A stretch of 64,000 nucleotides of DNA from positions 160,001-224,000 of the forward strand of contig CAVVCZ010000001.1 in assembly GCA_963746845.1 (NCBI GenBank). The letters are read 5' to 3'. The position numbers were made by a program, and so were the translations under genes. Below are positions 35,891 through 44,664 of the stretch, in pieces (positions within the stretch are counted from its first letter, which is position 1; each line of letters starts with the position of its first letter). The notes below the pieces were generated by a model. The model was given only the letters and a program-made list of their open reading frames with translations. It was not told where the DNA came from and searched no databases. Origin of the DNA: an uncultured Chloroflexia bacterium. Lineage in GTDB: Bacteria > Chloroflexota > Limnocylindria > Limnocylindrales > CSP1-4.

Positions 35891-36913
35891 CTAGCGCCAG
35901 CCGAGCGCCGGCGCCACGTACCTGAGGATGCTCTCGATCGCGTGCGCGTTGTACTCGACCCCGAGCTGGTTCGGGACGGTCAGGAGCAGCGTGTCGGCGG
36001 CCTGGATCGCGGTGTCCCGGGCAAGCTCCTCGACGAGCACGTCCGGCTCGGCCGCGTACGAACGTCCGAAGATCGCCTTCGTCTGCGGGTCGATGTAGCC
36101 CACCTGGTCGGCGTCCTGGTTGCCCCGCCCGAAGTAGGCACGATCCCGGTCGTCGACCAGGGCGAAGATGCTGCGGGAGACCGAGACCCGTGGCTCGCGC
36201 GAGTGCCCGGCCGCGGCCCACGCCTCCCGGAACCGTCGAATCTGGTCCGCCTGCAGCTCGTGGAAGGGCACGCCGGCGTCCTCGGTCATCAGCGTCGAGG
36301 ACATCAGGTTCAGGCCCTGCCTGGCTGCCCAATCGGCGGTCCCGCGGGAGCCCGCGCCCCACCAGATGCGTTCGCGCAGGCCGGCCGAGTGCGGCTCCGG
36401 CCGGAGAAGCCCCGGCGGGTTCGGGAACATCGGCGAGGGGTTCGGCTCGGCGAACCCGACGCCGGACAGGGCCTGGAGGAAGACCTCGGTGTGCTGGCGG
36501 GCCATGTCGGCGTCGGTCTGGCCCTCGGCCGGCACGTAGCCGAAGGAGCGGAAGCCGTCGATGACCTGCTCGGGCGACCCGCGGCTGATCCCGAGTTGGA
36601 GGCGGCCGCCCGCGATGAGGTCGGCGGCGCCCGCGTCCTCGATCATGTACAGCGGGTTCTCGTAGCGCATGTCGATGACGGCCGTCCCGATCTCGATCCG
36701 CTCGGTCCGGGCGCCGATGGCCGCGAGCAGCGGGAACGGCGAGGCGAGCTGCTGGGCGAAGTGGTGGACGCGGAAGTACGCGCCGTCGGCACCGAGCTCC
36801 TCGACCGCCTCGGCGAGCTCGATCGACTGGATCAGCGCGTCCGACCCGGACCGGACCTGCGAATAGGGCGACGCCGACCAATGCCCGAACGACAGGAACC
36901 CGATCTTCTTCAC
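35891..36913 (-). CDS. LLM class flavin-dependent oxidoreductase
   Basis: KKIGFLSFGHW, YFRVHHFA, GTAVIDMRYENP; GTG 36913. Confidence 0.9.
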   Translation of the reverse strand: MKKIGFLSFGHWSASPYSQVRSGSDALIQSIELAEAVEELGADGAYFRVHHFAQQLASPFPLLAAIGARTERIEIGTAVIDMRYENPLYMIEDAGAADLIAGGRLQLGISRGSPEQVIDGFRSFGYVPAEGQTDADMARQHTEVFLQALSGVGFAEPNPSPMFPNPPGLLRPEPHSAGLRERIWWGAGSRGTADWAARQGLNLMSSTLMTEDAGVPFHELQADQIRRFREAWAAAGHSREPRVSVSRSIFALVDDRDRAYFGRGNQDADQVGYIDPQTKAIFGRSYAAEPDVLVEELARDTAIQAADTLLLTVPNQLGVEYNAHAIESILRYVAPALGWR

Positions 36914-36932
36914 GACTCGATCCCCTCGGGTC

Positions 36933-38168
36933 TCATGGGGCGGACGCCTCGCGGACCGGCCACCTCTCGGGCCGCTCGGGCTCCGGTCGGCGGCCGAACG
37001 CGACCAGCGCGCCGGCACAGACGACCGCCAGGATCGCCGTCCCGGCCATCGCGACCGTCAGCCCGACCGTCACGGACAGCACGCCCATCAGGGGTGGGTA
37101 CACCGTGCCACCCACGACACCCCAGCCGGTGAGGAGCCCGCTGACCGCAGCCGAGCGGTCGGGGTAGCGCTCGCCGCCGATCGCCTGGATCATCGGGAAG
37201 ATCGGGCCGGAGGCGATGCCGGCGATCGCGAAGAGGGCGATCGAGATCGGCAGCGACGGCACCGCGATCGCCCCGATGAGCGCGCCGGCGACGATCCCGG
37301 CGCATGTCGCGGTGAATGTGACGTGGTCGAACCGATCGGCGATTGCGGACGACACCAGGCGCCCGACCGCGAGGCCGCCCCAGAACAGCGACAGGGCAAG
37401 GGTGGCGGTGCTGAGCGGGGCGGGCTCGAGGAACCGGACGAGCCAGTTCGAGACACCGACCTCGGAGGCGACGTAGGTCCCGATGGCGATCGCGAGCAGG
37501 ACCAGCGGTGTCGAGACCCGGCGGCCCAACGACGGTCCGCTCTCGGTCCGTTCCCGGTCCGCGGATGCCTCGACCTCCGGGTCGTGAGCCGGCGCGCGGC
37601 CGCTCGGCATCGGGACGAGCCGGAAGCCCACGGCCAGCAGCAGCGGGACGATGCCCGACACGACCATCACGCTCGGCCATGCGACCCCGCCGTCGACGAG
37701 CGCCCCGACGATCAACGGCGCAGACAACGCCCCGATGCTGAAGAACAGGTGGAGCAGGTTCATCGCCCGCCCGCGGCCGGACCGGAACAGGTCGAGGAAC
37801 AGCCCGTTGGACCCGCCATCCAGGCCACCGGCACCCAGCCCGGCCGGGACGGTCAGGACCGCGAACACGACCCAGCTGGGCGCGAGCCCGAGCCCGATGA
37901 TCCCCGCGCCGTGGATGAGCGCCGCCCCGCCGAGGAAGGCCCGCCGGCCGAAGCGCTCGGTGAGTGGCCCGCCGCCGAAGGAGGCGGTCGCGTACGCGAG
38001 GGAGTAGAGCAGGTAGATCAGCCCGATCCCGGCGTCGGTCTGATCGAACGTCTCCTTGATCGACCGGATCAGCGACGGGATCAGCAGCCCGCTCCAGCCG
38101 ATCGTCAGGAGGGCCAGGCAGCCGAGAATCGCGGCCGGCTGGAGCAGGCCGCGCGAGGGACCGGTCAT
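36933..38168 (-). CDS. MFS transporter (FucP/TsgA-like)
   Basis: MNLLHLFFSIGA and YVASEVG motifs; about 12 TM segments. Confidence 0.85.
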   Translation of the reverse strand: MTGPSRGLLQPAAILGCLALLTIGWSGLLIPSLIRSIKETFDQTDAGIGLIYLLYSLAYATASFGGGPLTERFGRRAFLGGAALIHGAGIIGLGLAPSWVVFAVLTVPAGLGAGGLDGGSNGLFLDLFRSGRGRAMNLLHLFFSIGALSAPLIVGALVDGGVAWPSVMVVSGIVPLLLAVGFRLVPMPSGRAPAHDPEVEASADRERTESGPSLGRRVSTPLVLLAIAIGTYVASEVGVSNWLVRFLEPAPLSTATLALSLFWGGLAVGRLVSSAIADRFDHVTFTATCAGIVAGALIGAIAVPSLPISIALFAIAGIASGPIFPMIQAIGGERYPDRSAAVSGLLTGWGVVGGTVYPPLMGVLSVTVGLTVAMAGTAILAVVCAGALVAFGRRPEPERPERWPVREASAP

Positions 38169-38245
38169 CGGCCGATGCTACCGGGTGGGCTCGGGTGCCC
38201 GCCACGGTCGGCGGGCGCCGGCCGGCGCCGGCCTTGATGGGCGGG

Positions 38246-38671
38246 TCAGCCTGCCTTCTCGAGGACGACCATCGGGATGACCCTGTCGGTCTTCTTCGGG
38301 TACTCGCCGAACTCCGGCAGCTGCGCGACATGGTCGTTCCAGAGCCGATCCCGCTCCGCGCCGGTCGCGACGGATGCGTGGACTGGCACGACCTGGTTGT
38401 CGACCTCGATCGTCACGTCGGGGTGCGCGGTCAGGTTGCCGTACCAGAGCGGATCGGTCGGGGAGCCGCCCTTCGATGCGGCGACCACCCAGGCGTCGCC
38501 GTCGCGGTGGTAGGTCACGATCGCGGTCCGCTCCTGGCCGGTCTTCACGCCCTTGGTCGTGAGGATCATCAGCGGCTTGCCGGCCATCGGGCCGCTCGAG
38601 GGGCGCCCATCGTTCGCGCGCATGTCGGCGATCAGGTTGCGGGTCCAGGCCTCGGGATCCCAGTCAGGCAT
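38246..38671 (-). CDS. Deazaflavin (F420)-dependent nitroreductase family protein
   Basis: LTTKG.KTG..R, ASKGG...P.WY.NL...P, R.IP motifs. Confidence 0.9.
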   Translation of the reverse strand: MPDWDPEAWTRNLIADMRANDGRPSSGPMAGKPLMILTTKGVKTGQERTAIVTYHRDGDAWVVAASKGGSPTDPLWYGNLTAHPDVTIEVDNQVVPVHASVATGAERDRLWNDHVAQLPEFGEYPKKTDRVIPMVVLEKAG

Positions 38672-38699
38672 CGGTGCCGTCCTCCGGAGTGGTGATTTG

Positions 38700-38717
38700 T
38701 CGTTGCAGACGCAACGA
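38700..38717. promoter_or_regulatory. Palindromic operator upstream of the nitroreductase gene
   Basis: TCGTTGC-AGAC-GCAACGA. Confidence 0.55.
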
Positions 38718-38753
38718 TCTCACGGACCGGGGAATCGTGCAGGGCAACCCGCG

Positions 38754-39746
38754 TCAGCCCCGCAGCTCCACCGGCCGGATGTCGATCTCGGCGACGGATC
38801 CGTCGCGCTCGATCGTGAGCTGGACCGGCCGGTCGACGAGGTCCCCGACGAGGACGCGCTGGAGGTCCCCGACACCCGCGATGGGCCGACCGTCGAGGGA
38901 CAGGATCACGTCGCCCGCGCGAACGCCTGCGGCCGCGGCGGGGCTGCCGTCGAGGAGCTGGACGACCTCGAGGCCGGTCGTCCGTCCGAGCTGCTCGGCC
39001 AGGGACGCCGACAGGCGCCGCGTGCCGCCGACGATCCCGAGGTACGCGCGACGGACGCGGCCGTCGTGGACGAGCGCCGCGAGGATCAGGCGGGTGGCGT
39101 CGTCGATCGGGACGGCGAGCCCGAGCCCGACCCCGGCCACGGCCGTGTTGATCCCCACGACCCGGCCGCGGACGTCCGCGAGCGCGCCGCCGGAATTGCC
39201 CGGGTTGAGCGCCGCATCGGTCTGGATGACGTTCTCGACGAGGCGGCTCGCCCCGCCGTCCCGGGCCGCGAGCGATCGCCCGAGCGCCGAGACGACACCG
39301 GCCGTCACGCTCCCGGCGAACCCGAGCGGGTTGCCGACCGCCACGACGAGCTGCCCGACCCGGAGCCGGCTCGCGTCGCCGAACGGAGCCGCGATCAGCG
39401 CGCTGCTGGTCGCGCGGACGACGGCGAGGTCGGACAGCGGATCGCGACCGACGACCTCGAACCCGAGCTCGTCGCCGTCGACGAACGACGCCGATCCCCG
39501 TTCCGCGCCGGCGACGACATGGGCGTTCGTGACGAGGTAGCCGTCCGGCGTGAACGCCACCGCCGATCCCGTCCCGCCCCAGCCGCCGGCGCGCCGCTCG
39601 ACGCGGAGGCTCGCGACCGACGGGATCAGCCGCGCGGCGGCCGTGCTGACGGCGGCCGAGTAGGCGTCAAGCGCCTCGTCCTCGACCGCCCGGAGCTCGG
39701 CCTCGTCGTCGGCGGCATCGGGGGTGAGCGCCCGGAGCGCGGTCAT
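38754..39746 (-). CDS. HtrA/S1C serine protease with PDZ domain, no signal peptide
   Basis: TNAHVV, DLAVV, QTDAALNPGNSGG; ATG 39746. Confidence 0.92.
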   Translation of the reverse strand: MTALRALTPDAADDEAELRAVEDEALDAYSAAVSTAAARLIPSVASLRVERRAGGWGGTGSAVAFTPDGYLVTNAHVVAGAERGSASFVDGDELGFEVVGRDPLSDLAVVRATSSALIAAPFGDASRLRVGQLVVAVGNPLGFAGSVTAGVVSALGRSLAARDGGASRLVENVIQTDAALNPGNSGGALADVRGRVVGINTAVAGVGLGLAVPIDDATRLILAALVHDGRVRRAYLGIVGGTRRLSASLAEQLGRTTGLEVVQLLDGSPAAAAGVRAGDVILSLDGRPIAGVGDLQRVLVGDLVDRPVQLTIERDGSVAEIDIRPVELRG

Positions 39747-39753
39747 GGCCGGA

Positions 39754-40650
39754 TCAGGCCTCGCCCGACGCATCCGTGGACCCGCCGACGCTGACGGTCC
39801 GCTCCTCGTCGCCCCGGACGATCTTCAGCTCGATCGGCAGGCCGGTCGTCGCCAGGATCTCCGGCAGGGCGTCCGGATCCTCGAGGGATCGTCCCCCGGC
39901 CTCGACGAGCAGGTCGCCCTCGCGAATGCCAGCGCGGGCCGCCGGGCTACCGTCCTCGACGCCGCGCACGAGCAGGCCGGCCCGGTCGGTCAGCCCGACC
40001 GAGGCGCGCAGGCGACGAGCGACGTGCGGCGGCGCGATCGCGATCCCGAGTCGCGGCCGGGCAACGGATTCTCCACGTCCGAGCGCGTCGACCCGTTCGC
40101 GGAGGGCCGCGTCGGCCGGTCGCGCGAGGTAGAAGCCCTCGCCGACGCGGTTCGTGTTGATGGCCAGCAGGCGGCCGGCCCCATCGACCAGCGGTCCGCC
40201 GGAGGAGCCGGGAGCCATCGGGGCGGTGTGCTCGAGACTGCCGCCGATCCGCGAGCCGCCCGGCCCACGGAACGAGCGCTCGATCGCGGACACGAAGCCC
40301 GAGGTCACGCGGGCGGATCCGCTGCCGGTGGCCGCGAGCGCGAAGACGACGTCGCCGACACCCGTCTCGGCGTCGGACCAGCCGAGGCTCGTGGCGCCGG
40401 CGGTGTCAACCGCGACGATCGCGAGATCGCCGTCCGGGTCCACGCCGCGCACGGATCCGATCGCCGACCGGCCGTCACGGAACGTGATCGTCACTTCGTC
40501 GCCGCGCAGGTTGTGGGCGTTCGTCAGGACCTGGCCGTCGGCGACGACGATTCCGCTGCCACGGATGCCGCGTCCGATCCCGACGACGGCCGAGCCGGCG
40601 GCATCGTGGACCGTCCGGATCGCGCTGGAAAGCTCTTCGAGAGCGGTCAT
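39754..40650 (-). CDS. S1C serine protease with PDZ domain
   Basis: TNAHNL, DLAIV, PGSSGGPL, GSPAARAG; ATG 40650. Confidence 0.88.
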   Translation of the reverse strand: MTALEELSSAIRTVHDAAGSAVVGIGRGIRGSGIVVADGQVLTNAHNLRGDEVTITFRDGRSAIGSVRGVDPDGDLAIVAVDTAGATSLGWSDAETGVGDVVFALAATGSGSARVTSGFVSAIERSFRGPGGSRIGGSLEHTAPMAPGSSGGPLVDGAGRLLAINTNRVGEGFYLARPADAALRERVDALGRGESVARPRLGIAIAPPHVARRLRASVGLTDRAGLLVRGVEDGSPAARAGIREGDLLVEAGGRSLEDPDALPEILATTGLPIELKIVRGDEERTVSVGGSTDASGEA

Positions 40651-40729
40651 CGGGTGGGTGCCTCCGAGGGGGTTCGGCGTGGGCCGCAAGCGGTGTCGCC
40701 GTCGGCCGGTGCCAGGTGGTTCGTTGTCA

Positions 40730-40744
40730 GTTGCAAGTCGCAAC
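40730..40744. promoter_or_regulatory. Palindromic operator between the divergent protease pair and HxlR gene
   Basis: GTTGC-AAGTC-GCAAC. Confidence 0.55.
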
Positions 40745-40794
40745 ATACTACCCACTCGGCTGGGGCGCAAGCCCGATCGGGTAGGATCGAACGC

Positions 40795-41238
40795 ATGAGC
40801 GAGCCCGCGGCGGCGTACGCCGGACCCACGGCCCTCGAGGCTGCCCTCGACCGGGTCGGCGACCGCTGGTCACTCCTCGTCGTCGACGCGCTGCTCGACG
40901 GCCCGCGCCGGTTCGGCGAGCTGCGCGAGGCGCTGCCCGGGATCGCGGCGAACATCCTGACGGATCGCCTCCGCCGTCTCGAACGCGAACGGATCCTCGT
41001 GTCGACGCCCTATAGCACGCGACCGCCGCGAATGGAGTACACGCTCACCGGCGACGGCCGCGATCTCGCCTCGGCGCTGCGGCTGCTTGCGGACTGGGGG
41101 AGCCGTCGGACCGGCGGCGAGCCGCTCCGCCACGACCGCTGCGGGACCCCGGTCGAGGCTCGCTGGTTCTGCCCGACGTGCGCGATGGCCGTCAGCGACG
41201 CGGAGATCTCCGGCGTCGAGGAGACGCGGCTGGTCTGA
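40795..41238 (+). CDS. HxlR family winged-helix regulator
   Basis: VGDRWSLLVV, RFGEL, L..RLRRL, EYTLT..G; C-terminal H..C...C..C. Confidence 0.9.
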   Translation: MSEPAAAYAGPTALEAALDRVGDRWSLLVVDALLDGPRRFGELREALPGIAANILTDRLRRLERERILVSTPYSTRPPRMEYTLTGDGRDLASALRLLADWGSRRTGGEPLRHDRCGTPVEARWFCPTCAMAVSDAEISGVEETRLV

Positions 41239-41262
41239 CGATCGGGCCCTCGGCGGTCGGCC

Positions 41263-43428
41263 TCAGGTCTTCCTGGTCCCCACGACGGTGACGCCGTCCA
41301 CGGCTGGGTAGTTCGAGAAGTACCGCTTCGTCCAGTGCAGCTTGCCGTGGTCGAAGATCGACACGGTGACCCACACCTTGGCGCCGTCCGCCGGGGCGTT
41401 GTTGAAGAACCGGTATCCCACGGGCTTGGTCGGATCCCTCTGGACCGTGGCGATCGCGCGCGGGCCCGGCTGGATGACGAGGTTGCTGATCTTGTAGGTC
41501 CGGCCGTTCGGCACGCTCCAGATCTTGAACGTGATCCATCGCTTGTTCCCCGCGTGCGTGATGATCCGCTGGATCAGGATCGGGTACTTGGTGTCGTTCC
41601 TGAAGCTCATGGTCTGCTTGGTCCCGCCCACGATCCACACGGTGGCATCGAGACCCGGCGGATACCGGTTGATGAACTCGTTGTGGTTCTGTCGAGCGAG
41701 CGGCACCATGCCGGCCCGGAATGCCGCGTTGAACAGCGTCGTCGACGTCGTGCAGATGCCGCCGCCGAACGCGCCGGTGACGGTGATCTTCCCGCCCTCG
41801 ATCGCGTTGCCCGGGCCCGCGCCCGGGAGCTTGCGCAGGTCGCCGACGACCTTCCAGAAGTCGAAGATTCCGCCTGGCGGCACGACCGTCCCGTCGATCT
41901 TCGTGGCCGGCGCCTCGATGTTCCCACCCCAGTGGTTGTTCACGATGACCCAGTAGTAGACGCTGAACGAGCTGATGACCCGCATCTTGGGGGCAAACGC
42001 CTTGGCGGCCTCCGCGGTCAGCTTCGGATCGACGGCCTTGACCACGGCTGCGACCGGCGATGCCGCCGCGCCCGCCTGGCGGGCCCCGATCGCACTGATG
42101 ATCGCGGCCTTCATGCCGGCCGCGTTGAGCGTTCGGCCCTCGCGGCTCGTGCCGGTGGCGACGACGTGTCCGCTGACCCGCTTGAGGCCCGCGTCCTGCG
42201 CGGTCCGGTTGACCTTCTTGGCCAGCGTCTTGAGCATCGGGTCGAGGCCCGCCTCGTCGAACACCGGGGTGATGCTCCCGTCGGCAGCGGTCGAGAACGA
42301 GATCAGCGGAGCCAGGCTCGCGCCGTCGATCGTCCAGGTGTCGTTGCCCCGGGCGACGACCACGTCGGCGGCCATGCGCTTCGCCGCTGCCTGCGCCGTC
42401 TCGGCCGAAGCGGTTACGACAGCGGGTGGCAACGGCACGACCGGCACGGCCATCGTGATCGACGCCGGCGTGCCGAGCGCCGCGAGCTGCTGGTCGAGCG
42501 CGGAAACCAGGGCCGCCTGGTCCACGGCGCGACCGTCCTTTGCTGCGGAGACGCTGAACGTCCCGCCCTGGCCGGCCACCACGAAGGCGTCTTCAGGTGT
42601 CTCGTCGATCGTCGTGGCGAGGGTCTCGACGGCGCCGGCCAGCTTGTCGCGGTCGTAGGCAACGGCGGAGTCGAGGGTCACTCCTCGGATCGCGGCCCGG
42701 GGTGAGCCGATGAGGTTCGCGAGGGGCTCGCCCTGGCGGCCTGCCGCGAGTGCCCCGTCGAGCAGCCTCGCGGTGTCGGGGCCACGGCCGAGGTCGGCGT
42801 AGCTGATGGTCGTGATCTTGCCGTCCGGGCCGGTGAGCGTGACCTGCCCGTCGCCGAGCCAGCCATAGGCGTCCGCGATCTTCGCCCTGGCCTGCTCGCG
42901 AGTCAGCCCGCCGAGTTCCGTGTTGCCGATGCGGACGCCGGGCAGGACCCGGCCGTCGTACTGCTGGCCCCATGCATACAGGGCGCCGACGCCGACGCCG
43001 AGGGTGAGCAGGACACCCAGGACGAACGCGACTCCGAAGCGGAGGGCGAGCGACCGTCGGCGCCGGGGCGGTGCCGAGGGCTCGCCGTCGGCCACGGTGG
43101 CCGCGAGGGGCAGGACCGGCACGGCATCGAGGACGGGCTCGGTGGCAACCGCCCCGGGCTCGGTGGCATCCGCCCCGGCCTCGGGCGTCGCAGCGTCGGC
43201 GGCGGGGCCTGCCTCGGACGCCTGAGCGGTCTCGTCGGCGGCAGGCACGGCGACGGGCTGCCCCGGGGCGTCGGCCGCCGGGGCGTCGGTCGGCGAGGGG
43301 TCGCCGCCGGCCGGCGGTGCGCCGCTCCGGACGAGCGCCGCGAGCTCGGGGTCGCCGGCGGGCGTCTCGATGTCCGGCGTGGAGGCGGCGCCAGCCTGGT
43401 CGGCGGAGGAGTTGGGCAAGTCGGTCAT
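41263..43428 (-). CDS. VanW family protein with peptidoglycan-binding domains
   Basis: GGGICTTSTTLFNA, PGLDATV, FRNDT..PI; single TM after an acidic disordered N-terminus. Confidence 0.88.
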   Translation of the reverse strand: MTDLPNSSADQAGAASTPDIETPAGDPELAALVRSGAPPAGGDPSPTDAPAADAPGQPVAVPAADETAQASEAGPAADAATPEAGADATEPGAVATEPVLDAVPVLPLAATVADGEPSAPPRRRRSLALRFGVAFVLGVLLTLGVGVGALYAWGQQYDGRVLPGVRIGNTELGGLTREQARAKIADAYGWLGDGQVTLTGPDGKITTISYADLGRGPDTARLLDGALAAGRQGEPLANLIGSPRAAIRGVTLDSAVAYDRDKLAGAVETLATTIDETPEDAFVVAGQGGTFSVSAAKDGRAVDQAALVSALDQQLAALGTPASITMAVPVVPLPPAVVTASAETAQAAAKRMAADVVVARGNDTWTIDGASLAPLISFSTAADGSITPVFDEAGLDPMLKTLAKKVNRTAQDAGLKRVSGHVVATGTSREGRTLNAAGMKAAIISAIGARQAGAAASPVAAVVKAVDPKLTAEAAKAFAPKMRVISSFSVYYWVIVNNHWGGNIEAPATKIDGTVVPPGGIFDFWKVVGDLRKLPGAGPGNAIEGGKITVTGAFGGGICTTSTTLFNAAFRAGMVPLARQNHNEFINRYPPGLDATVWIVGGTKQTMSFRNDTKYPILIQRIITHAGNKRWITFKIWSVPNGRTYKISNLVIQPGPRAIATVQRDPTKPVGYRFFNNAPADGAKVWVTVSIFDHGKLHWTKRYFSNYPAVDGVTVVGTRKT

Positions 43429-43596
43429 CAGAGGCTCATGCGCGGTCGGCCGGCGCCAGTTCGATGTCCGTGGGGTCGAGCGCGGTGGTCATGGGACGCG
43501 GATCATCCTACGTGTTCGCCTTGGGCGGAGCGACCGGGACTCGTTCGTGACGATCGCGGCGAGGCGAGCGTGACGCTGCCGGATCACCGGCTGCGG

Positions 43597-44664
43597 TCAG
43601 CCGCCTCGCAGCAGGACGACGATCCGGCGGTTCGGCTCCTCTCCGATGGACTGCGTCGCGACCTGCGGATGATCGCGCAGCGCGAGATGGATCCAGCGGC
43701 GCTCGAGGGCGGGCATCGGCTCGAGCTGGATCATCTTGCCGGTCTCTTCGACACGAGCGGCCGCGCGGTTTGCGAGGTCCCGGAGCTGGCGCTCCCGTCG
43801 CCCGCGGTAATCCTCGACATCGACGAGGACGCGGGTCCACTCGCCCATCCGCCGCGAGAGCATCAGATTGACGAGGTGCTGCAGGGCGGAGAGCCGCTCG
43901 CCCTTGCGCCCGATGAGCGATCCGAGGGCCTCGCGGCCGTCCGGATCCGCCACCACGTTCAGGCGGGAGGTGTCCCCGCTCTCGACCTCGACGCTGACGG
44001 CGAAGCCGATGTGCCGCATCAGCTCTTCGAGGATCTCCTTGCCGGCGGCGAGCGCCTCCGGCGATGCCTCGGCGGCCTCCAGATCGGCGCGCTCCGCGGC
44101 GAGCGAGCCGCGAGCGGCCTGGACCTCGGCGGTCTCCGTCGCGCTCAGGTCTGACGTGCCGCGGCCACCCGACGACGTGGCGCGATCGTCGCGGCGCGGG
44201 CCGCGGTCGTCGCGACGCGGCGGGCGCCCGCCGCCACCGGACGTGGACTGGGCAGCGGCCGGGGCCGGGGCCGGCCGATCCTCGGTCGGGGCGGAATCGG
44301 GACTCGGCGCTGCGCCACCCGATGACGGGGCGCGGTCGTCGCGGCGCGGGCCGCGGTCGCGATCACCGCGATAGCCCCGGTCATCGCGGCGCGGGCCGCG
44401 GTCGCGGTCCTCACGCGGCTCGCGGGGCGGCGAGGGCGGAAGCGGCGTGCTCGCCGCGGCCTCGCGCTTGGGCGCGGCGCCACCGAGCGCCGACCGCGGC
44501 GCGGCCACGATCCGGGCGGGCTCGGCGCCCATCCCGAGGACGCCGCGGCTCCCCGCGGTCAGGATCTCGAAGTCGAGGTCGTTCAGCTCCACGCCGAACT
44601 CGTCTCGGGCGGCCTTGAGCGCCTCCTCGACGCTCTTGCCGGCGAACTCGCGGTAGGCACTCAT
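43597..44664 (-). CDS. jag: Jag/EloR (KhpB) RNA-binding protein
   Basis: GKSVEEAL Jag_N domain, LIGRKGE KH domain, ERRWIH R3H domain; coupled to yidC. Confidence 0.92.
   Translation of the reverse strand: MSAYREFAGKSVEEALKAARDEFGVELNDLDFEILTAGSRGVLGMGAEPARIVAAPRSALGGAAPKREAAASTPLPPSPPREPREDRDRGPRRDDRGYRGDRDRGPRRDDRAPSSGGAAPSPDSAPTEDRPAPAPAAAQSTSGGGGRPPRRDDRGPRRDDRATSSGGRGTSDLSATETAEVQAARGSLAAERADLEAAEASPEALAAGKEILEELMRHIGFAVSVEVESGDTSRLNVVADPDGREALGSLIGRKGERLSALQHLVNLMLSRRMGEWTRVLVDVEDYRGRRERQLRDLANRAAARVEETGKMIQLEPMPALERRWIHLALRDHPQVATQSIGEEPNRRIVVLLRGG
44184..44405 (-). repeat. Three RGPRRDDR-encoding repeats plus one partial copy in the Jag linker
   Basis: CGCGGCGCGGGCCGCGGTCG recurs near 44190, 44340 and 44385. 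Confidence 0.75.

Noticed and set aside
34937-41238. Possible genomic island integrated at tmRNA
   Set aside because: No integrase, no duplicated tmRNA 3' end and no visible compositional shift
43508-43840. 110-aa ORF downstream of and overlapping jag
   Set aside because: Alternate frame of jag with no recognisable features
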